Source: Prolixibacteraceae bacterium
GTDB lineage: Bacteria > Bacteroidota > Bacteroidia > Bacteroidales > Prolixibacteraceae
NCBI GenBank assembly: GCA_963678235.1
Contig: OY782766.1
Location: forward strand, 4,489,617-4,553,616
DNA length: 64,000 bases
Reading direction: 5' to 3'
Each line of letters opens with the position of its first letter. Position 1 is the stretch's first letter. A program made the position numbers and the translations under genes. This document shows, one piece after another, positions 59,601-64,000 of the stretch. The notes beneath the pieces were generated by a model, which worked only from the letters and a program-made list of their open reading frames with translations, was not told where the DNA came from and ran no database searches.

Positions 59601-59930
59601 ATATTTTTCAAGCACCCCAGAGTTATAAAGTGCAACACCGCAGTTCAATGCGGTTTGTCCTCCAAATGCCAACAGAATTCCATCTGGTTTTTCCTTTTTA
59701 ACCACCTGCTCAACAAAGTATGGGGTTACAGGAAGGAAGTATATTTTATCTGCTATATCATCGGATGTTTGTATGGTCGCAATATTTGGATTGATTAGAA
59801 TAGTTTCTACCCCTTCTTCTTTCAATGCCTTTAAAGCTTGCGAGCCTGAATAGTCAAATTCACCGGCTTCACCAATTTTTAAAGCTCCTGATCCTAGTAT
59901 AAGTGCTTTTTTTATTTTGTTATTTATCAT
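56697..59930 (-). CDS. carB: Carbamoyl-phosphate synthase large subunit
   Basis: 1077 aa with duplicated ATP-grasp halves and a C-terminal MGS-like domain. Confidence 0.95.
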   Translation of the reverse strand: MINNKIKKALILGSGALKIGEAGEFDYSGSQALKALKEEGVETILINPNIATIQTSDDIADKIYFLPVTPYFVEQVVKKEKPDGILLAFGGQTALNCGVALYNSGVLEKYNLEVVGTPVQSIIDTEDRDIFSKMLAEIGVLTPKSIAVENIEGAKAAAKELGFPIIIRAAYTLGGLGSGFCENMEELNVLANKALTYSPQLLIEESIKGWKEVEYEVVRDKYDNCITVCNMENFDPLGIHTGESIVVAPSQTLTNAEYHKLRAISIKIIRRVGVIGECNVQFALDPNSEDYRVIEVNARLSRSSALASKATGYPLAFVAAKLGLGYGLHELKNSVTKVTTACFEPALDYIVVKIPRWDLTKFEGVSKDIGSSMKSVGEIMAIGRSFEEAIQKGIRMVGIGMHGFVGNSGEIKIKEIEKELVEPTDRRIFAIAEAMNKGYSIDELFEKTKIDRWFLQKLQNIYKLKVSLHEYNSLESLPLELLTDAKKAGFSDFQIARHVLKSANNKIHADLNKVRQLRKENGIVPFVKQIDTLAGEYPAQTNYLYLTYNGNEHDIEFAHDNQSVIVLGSGAYRIGSSVEFDWCSVNAINTIKKEGKRSIMINYNPETVSTDYDTCDRLYFDELTYERVMDIIDLEVPNGVVVSMGGQIPNNLAMKLHQQDVPVLGTSPVKIDNAEDREKFSSLLDKLGVDQPRWARLSTIAEINKFVDEVGYPVLIRPSYVLSGAAMNVVSNPDQLEHFLQMAANVSKEHPVVVTEFIEQAKEIEIDAVAKNGEIVAYAISEHVEFAGVHSGDATIVFPPQKLYIETIRRIKKISRQIAQGLEISGPFNMQFLAKDNDIKVIECNLRASRSFPFVSKVMKINLIDIATKVMLGIPVQKPDKSLFELDYVGVKAPQFSFARLLNADPVLGVDMSSTGEVACIGESYYEAILKSMLSVGYRFPEKNILISSGPSRSKIELLNSAKMLKEKGYNIFATEGTSKFFLDNGVENTLLYWPDEEGSTPNTLDYLQQKKIDLVVNIPKNHTKRELNNGYMIRRNSIDFNIPLITNARVASAFIYGICKYKEEDMIIKSWDEYTN

Positions 59931-59962
59931 CGTAATTTGCTTTTTTGATCGTGAAACTTTAA

Positions 59963-61045
59963 TTATTTTTTTGAATCCTCAATATTTTTGATAAAATCAT
60001 CAAATAGAAACTCGGTATCCGTTGGTCCGCTTGAAGCTTCAGGGTGGAACTGCGTTGAAAAGAATGGCTTTGTTTTGTGCCTAATTCCTTCGTTGGTATC
60101 GTCATTTACGTTGGTGAACAGTGGCTCCCAATCTTCCGACAGTGAGTTAGGAGATACTGCAAAGCCATGGTTTTGCGAAGTTATATAACATTTGTTGGAG
60201 CCATTTAGCAAAACAGGTTGGTTATGGCTCCTGTGCCCATACTTCAGTTTGTATGTACTTGCCCCTGCTGCCATCGCCAATAGTTGGTTCCCGAGGCAAA
60301 TTCCCATGATTGGTTTATCACCTGAAGTTATTTTTTTTACATTTTCGACTGTTGCCATGCACATTTCAGGGTCACCAGGACCGTTTGAAATGAATACGCC
60401 ATCGTATTCTTCCTTTGTAAAGTCATAATCCCAAGGCACCCTTATTACGGTAGAGTTTCTTTTAAGCAGGCATCTTATTATATTGTGTTTAACACCACAA
60501 TCAATCAAAACAACTTTGTGCTCCCCATCTCCGTACACTTCTTTTTTGTCGATGCTGGCTTTTGCCACCAGGTTTTCTTTGTTTGGATCCATAAACTCAA
60601 TTGGTTCTCCTTCAAATTCGATTTTCCCCAGCAACGATCCTTTTTCCCTTAATATCTTGGTCAAAGCCCTGGTGTCGATACCAAATAATCCCGGGACTTT
60701 CGATTCTTTTAGCCATTCGCCTAAACTTTTAATGGCATTCCAATGGCTGTATTCAAAAGAATAATCGGAAATAATCAATCCTGAAATATGTACTTTATGT
60801 GATTCGTAAAATTCATACACCCCTTCGTTCGATTCATCCTTTGGTACCCCGTAATTTCCAATCATCGGATAAGTGGATACTAAAATCTGCCCGGTGTACG
60901 ACGGGTCAGTTAAACTTTCGGGATAACCCGTCATTGCAGTATAAAACACAACTTCGCCCGCAACTGAACCTTCATATCCGAATGATTTTCCGATAAATTC
61001 AGTGCCATCTTCCAATATCAGCTTTGCCTTTTTAACTTTTAACAT
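59963..61045 (-). CDS. carA: Carbamoyl-phosphate synthase small subunit (glutamine amidotransferase)
   Basis: GATase triad Cys (GICLGNQLL) and a terminal His. The preferred start is ATG at 61045 (MLKVKKAKLILEDG). The ORF track extends to a TTG at 61063. Confidence 0.9.
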   Translation of the reverse strand: MLKVKKAKLILEDGTEFIGKSFGYEGSVAGEVVFYTAMTGYPESLTDPSYTGQILVSTYPMIGNYGVPKDESNEGVYEFYESHKVHISGLIISDYSFEYSHWNAIKSLGEWLKESKVPGLFGIDTRALTKILREKGSLLGKIEFEGEPIEFMDPNKENLVAKASIDKKEVYGDGEHKVVLIDCGVKHNIIRCLLKRNSTVIRVPWDYDFTKEEYDGVFISNGPGDPEMCMATVENVKKITSGDKPIMGICLGNQLLAMAAGASTYKLKYGHRSHNQPVLLNGSNKCYITSQNHGFAVSPNSLSEDWEPLFTNVNDDTNEGIRHKTKPFFSTQFHPEASSGPTDTEFLFDDFIKNIEDSKK

Positions 61046-61064
61046 CCTTTTCGTTTTATCCAAT

Positions 61065-61108
61065 TAAAAAAAATGCGTTTGATCTAACAATTTGTCGTTC
61101 AAACGCAT
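61065..61108 (-). terminator. Leader terminator/attenuator hairpin upstream of carA
   Basis: Minus-strand atgcgtttga-(16-nt loop)-tcaaacgcat followed by UUUUUUU, about 20 nt before the carA ATG. Nothing upstream on that strand needs a terminator here. Confidence 0.55.
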
Positions 61109-61179
61109 GAATTATGCTCGTTTATATATTTTCTTCTTATGAATCATCAAAGGTTATCCCTGCTGTTTTAATTCTGGTA

Positions 61180-61187
61180 CAAAAATA
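61180..61187 (-). promoter_or_regulatory. Candidate -7 promoter element (TATTTTTG on the minus strand) for the carAB leader
   Basis: It matches TAnnTTTG. A start site here would give a leader of about 125 nt containing the upstream ORF and the hairpin. Confidence 0.3.
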
Positions 61188-61208
61188 TAAATATTTCTGA
61201 TAAAATAA

Positions 61209-61239
61209 TTTGTTTTTACATAAAAAGTGAATAAATTTG
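61209..61239 (+). promoter_or_regulatory. Candidate argR promoter (TTTG-N19-TAAATTTG)
   Basis: -33 at 61209-12 and -7 at 61232-39. It overlaps ARG box 1. Confidence 0.45.
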
Positions 61240-61262
61240 CATCAAAAATGTATAAATATACA
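61228..61262. promoter_or_regulatory. Tandem ARG-box-like operators between carAB and argR
   Basis: Box 1 is TGAATAAATTTGCA. Box 2 is TGTATAAATATACA, a perfect palindrome. The centres are about 20 bp apart, and the site ends 3 nt before the argR start. Confidence 0.5.
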
Positions 61263-61264
61263 AA

Positions 61265-61750
61265 GTGAAAAATAAAGTCCAGCGATTATTGACCATTCGG
61301 AAGATAATTACGGAAAATAATATTGGAAGTCAGGAGTTGTTATTAAGCATTCTTAAAGATGAAGGCTTTGATTTGACCCAGGCTACTTTGTCAAGGGACT
61401 TGAAAGAGCTTCGGGTGGCAAAAATGGCTGACAGGGAAAATGGATATATATATACAATCCCTGAAAAGACTGTTCCGATGGAACCTATGCAAAGAGGAGG
61501 CCGGGGGAATTTTCTCGCGGATGGCTTTAATGGGATACAATTTTCCGGGAATTTAGCGGTCGTTAAAACTCAACCGGGTTATGCGAATACCATTGCTGCA
61601 ATTATCGATCGGAATAATCCTTTTGAGATTATCGGTACTATTGCTGGTGACGATACGATTTTGTTGATTTTACGTGAAGGGGTGAGCAGAAGGGAAGTAA
61701 TTAATAGTTTAGTATTGGCAATGCCAAATCTAAAGGAAAAAATTGGGTAG
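61265..61750 (+). CDS. argR: Arginine repressor ArgR
   Basis: Winged-helix N-terminus (...TQATLSRDLKEL) and a C-terminal oligomerisation domain. The start is a GTG at 61265. Confidence 0.85.
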   Translation: MKNKVQRLLTIRKIITENNIGSQELLLSILKDEGFDLTQATLSRDLKELRVAKMADRENGYIYTIPEKTVPMEPMQRGGRGNFLADGFNGIQFSGNLAVVKTQPGYANTIAAIIDRNNPFEIIGTIAGDDTILLILREGVSRREVINSLVLAMPNLKEKIG

Positions 61751-61758
61751 TTAGTTTT

Positions 61759-62436
61759 ATGAAAGACATAAAAAAAATAAAAGTCTTACATGCCGGAAAA
61801 GAGCATGTTCGATTTATCGATACCATAAATGATTCTATTGAGTCAGCTTCGAAAGAAAGAGGTACTGGTATTGCCCAGAGAAGTTATGAATATCTGGAAG
61901 CTAAAATTCTGGAAGGGAAGGCAATCATTGCATTGGATGACGATGTTTTTGCCGGCTTTTGTTATGTGGAGTCGTGGGGGCACCACAAATTTGTAGCTAA
62001 TTCCGGATTGATAGTCGTTCCTGAATACCGGGGAATTGGCCTGGCAAAAGAAATTAAACGGAAAGCATTTGAACTTTCGAGAAAGAAATTTCCGGAATCA
62101 AAAATATTTGGGTTGACAACCGGACTGGCAGTTATGAAAATTAACCACGAACTTGGATACCGTCCGGTTACTTTTTCTGAATTAACGGATGACGATACCT
62201 TTTGGAATGGTTGTAAAGGTTGTGTGAATTATGATATTTTAATGAGGACCGGGCGTTCGAAATGTTTGTGCACAGGCATGTTGTACGATCCTATTTGGGA
62301 AAAAACCGAAATTAAGCCCAATGGCAACGGGATCAGAAAAAGGTCATTGCTGGATATCATTAAAAAATTAAAGCCCAGTGGCGATAAAAAAGGCAATAAA
62401 ATGATGTCCTTGTTTATGGCTGCTTTTAAAGAATAG
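61759..62436 (+). CDS. GNAT-family acyltransferase of the arg operon (candidate N-acyl-glutamate synthase)
   Basis: GNAT motif A (VVPEYRGIGLAKEI) and a C-terminal Cys cluster, CKGC...C.C. Confidence 0.65.
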   Translation: MKDIKKIKVLHAGKEHVRFIDTINDSIESASKERGTGIAQRSYEYLEAKILEGKAIIALDDDVFAGFCYVESWGHHKFVANSGLIVVPEYRGIGLAKEIKRKAFELSRKKFPESKIFGLTTGLAVMKINHELGYRPVTFSELTDDDTFWNGCKGCVNYDILMRTGRSKCLCTGMLYDPIWEKTEIKPNGNGIRKRSLLDIIKKLKPSGDKKGNKMMSLFMAAFKE

Positions 62437-62514
62437 GAATTTAAAAATGAAACGAACATGAATTTTCATCATTCTAAATTCACACAAAAGGATGATTAAA
62501 ATTTATGTGAGTTC

Positions 62515-62545
62515 CTGAATGTATTCAAATTTTTTGAACATTCAG
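62515..62545. promoter_or_regulatory. ARG-box-like imperfect inverted repeat upstream of argG
   Basis: CTGAATGTATTCAAATTTTTTGAACATTCAG, containing TGAAT/ATTCA half-sites, about 55 bp upstream of the argG start. Confidence 0.45.
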
Positions 62546-62599
62546 AAATCAAAAAAATTTAAACAGATGAAAGAGTAGCAACTCTTTAAAACAAGAGGC

Positions 62600-63796
62600 A
62601 TGGAAAATAAAAAAATTGTTTTGGCATTTAGCGGAGGATTGGATACTTCTTATTGTGTAAAATATTTATCCATCGAAAAAGGTTATGAAGTATATACCGC
62701 AATTGCAAATACCGGAGGGTTCTCGAAAGAAGAATTGGCAGAAATTGAGAAAAAAGCATACAAACTGGGCGCCGTTAAGCATGTTACGCTTGACGTTACC
62801 GAAACTTATTATGAAAAATGTATTCGCTACATGGTTTATGGCAATGTTTTAAGAAACAATACCTATCCAATATCCGTAAGTTCGGAGCGTGTTTTCCAGG
62901 CTATGGCAATCATTGAATATGCAAAAGAAATTGGGGCAGGTGCAGTAGCACATGGTTCAACCGGGGCAGGAAACGACCAGGTTCGTTTCGACCTCACTTT
63001 TCAGGTCTTGGCTCCGAACATCGAAATTGTCACACCAATCAGGGATTTGTCGTTAAGCAGGGAACAGGAAATAAATTATTTGAAAAAGCACGGTATTGAA
63101 GATGATTATATAAAGCTTCAATATTCCATAAATCAGGGATTGTGGGGGACAAGTGTTGGTGGAAAAGAAACGCTCACGTCCAAAAAATCATTGCCGGAAG
63201 AAGCTTACCCTTCTCAACTGAAAGAAACCAAAGAAAAACAAATAGAGCTTGAGTTTGATAAGGGCGAATTGGTTGGTGTTGAAGGCGAAAAATATGAGGA
63301 TAAAGTTGCAGCTATCCGCAAAGTTGAACAATTGGCAAGCGCATTTGCAATTGGAAGGGATACCCATGTTGGCGATACTATTATTGGAATTAAAGGACGG
63401 GTTGGTTTTGAAGCTGCCGCACCTTTAATTATAATAAATGCACATCACTTACTCGAAAAACATACACTTTCGAAATGGCAAATGTATTGGAAAGAACAAC
63501 TTGGTAACTGGTACGGAATGTTTTTACATGAATCTCAATATTTGGAACCAGTGATGAGGAACATTGAAGTGTTTTTGGAAGATAGCCAGAAATATGTCAC
63601 TGGGAAGGTTTTTGTTAAACTGAGGCCTTATCATTTTGAATTGGAAGGTATTGAGTCGAAGCACGATTTGATGAGTTCAGAGTTTGGTGAGTATGGTGAA
63701 ACAAGTAAAGCATGGACTGGTGACGATATTATTGGATTCACAAAAGTATTGTCAACATCCATGAAAATATACCACACAGTAAATAAGGAGGATTAA
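62600..63796 (+). CDS. argG: Argininosuccinate synthase
   Basis: PP-loop AFSGGLDTS and conserved C-terminal blocks. Confidence 0.92.
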   Translation: MENKKIVLAFSGGLDTSYCVKYLSIEKGYEVYTAIANTGGFSKEELAEIEKKAYKLGAVKHVTLDVTETYYEKCIRYMVYGNVLRNNTYPISVSSERVFQAMAIIEYAKEIGAGAVAHGSTGAGNDQVRFDLTFQVLAPNIEIVTPIRDLSLSREQEINYLKKHGIEDDYIKLQYSINQGLWGTSVGGKETLTSKKSLPEEAYPSQLKETKEKQIELEFDKGELVGVEGEKYEDKVAAIRKVEQLASAFAIGRDTHVGDTIIGIKGRVGFEAAAPLIIINAHHLLEKHTLSKWQMYWKEQLGNWYGMFLHESQYLEPVMRNIEVFLEDSQKYVTGKVFVKLRPYHFELEGIESKHDLMSSEFGEYGETSKAWTGDDIIGFTKVLSTSMKIYHTVNKED

Positions 63797-64000
63797 ATGA
63801 TAAAGGTTGGAATAATAGGGGGAGCAGGGTACACGGCAGGAGAGCTTGTCAGGATTCTTTTAAATCATCCAGGTGCTGAAATCGTTTTTGTGCACAGTTC
63901 CAGCAACGCGGGAAACAAATTGTACGATGTTCATACGGATCTTTTGGGAGCCACTGAAATAACTTTTTCTGGTGAAATGCCATTTTCAAAAGTTGATGTT
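63797..64000 (+). CDS. argC: N-acetyl-gamma-glutamyl-phosphate reductase, 5' partial
   Basis: ATG at 63797, 6 nt after a GGAGG. The translation MIKVGIIGGAGYTAGELVRILLNHPG is a Rossmann N-terminus. The ORF runs off the window. Confidence 0.8.
   Translation, partial: MIKVGIIGGAGYTAGELVRILLNHPGAEIVFVHSSSNAGNKLYDVHTDLLGATEITFSGEMPFSKVDV

Noticed and set aside
59963-61063. carA start at the TTG at 61063 (the ORF-track start)
   Set aside because: The in-frame ATG at 61045 gives the conserved carA N-terminus MLKVKKAKLILEDG and leaves room for an RBS after the leader hairpin.
1-64000. tRNA and rRNA genes
   Set aside because: No acceptor-stem, T-loop or rRNA-like conserved stretches were seen in any intergenic region.

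Overview
This 64 kb window looks like a chromosomal segment from a Bacteroidota-type genome, with about 38-40% GC judged by eye. The evidence for that placement is the fused ccoN-ccoO gene, a complete alternative complex III (act) operon, a GxxExxY-family gene, CarboxypepD_reg-type outer-membrane proteins, and promoter-like TTTG-N19-TAnnTTTG motifs. I found no rRNA, tRNA, CRISPR array, transposase or integrase.

The window is dominated by aerobic respiration genes:
- A roughly 12.5 kb minus-strand super-operon (14967 down to 2423) runs NrfC-like Fe-S protein, NrfD-like membrane protein, membrane cytochrome c, ccoS, fused ccoNO, ccoQ, ccoP, ccoG, fixH, tauE, then ccoI. A GxxExxY-family gene is inserted between tauE and ccoI.
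- A caa3-type oxidase operon (SCO1-coxA-coxC-coxD-coxB-ctaB) lies on the plus strand at 15.7-20.9 kb.
- A full alternative complex III operon (actA-B-C-D-F-E) lies on the minus strand at 34.4-42.2 kb.

Other content: cysK, an ABC exporter pair, a TonB-dependent receptor, an aldo/keto reductase, a flotillin/NfeD pair, an AI-2E transporter, a Wzx-like flippase coupled to an AsnB-like amidotransferase, an AlkD-like repair protein, a rhodanese-thioredoxin fusion, two tandem paralogous roughly 390-aa GNAT-like proteins, rpmE2, lon, a DUF302 plus heavy-metal-associated lipoprotein pair, carAB divergent from an argR-GNAT-argG-argC arginine operon, and several secreted hypothetical proteins.

The best candidates for new biology:
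- A three-gene NrfCD-type quinol dehydrogenase plus dedicated cytochrome c that is co-operonic with cbb3 oxidase, and the split-CcoP architecture beside it.
- A leader terminator/attenuator with an 11-codon upstream ORF in front of carA.
- Tandem ARG-box operators in front of argR and argG.
- A tandem duplicated paralog pair of unknown GNAT-like proteins.
- The Wzx/AsnB-like mini-locus.

All calls rest on reading the motifs and ORF translations directly. No database searches were run.
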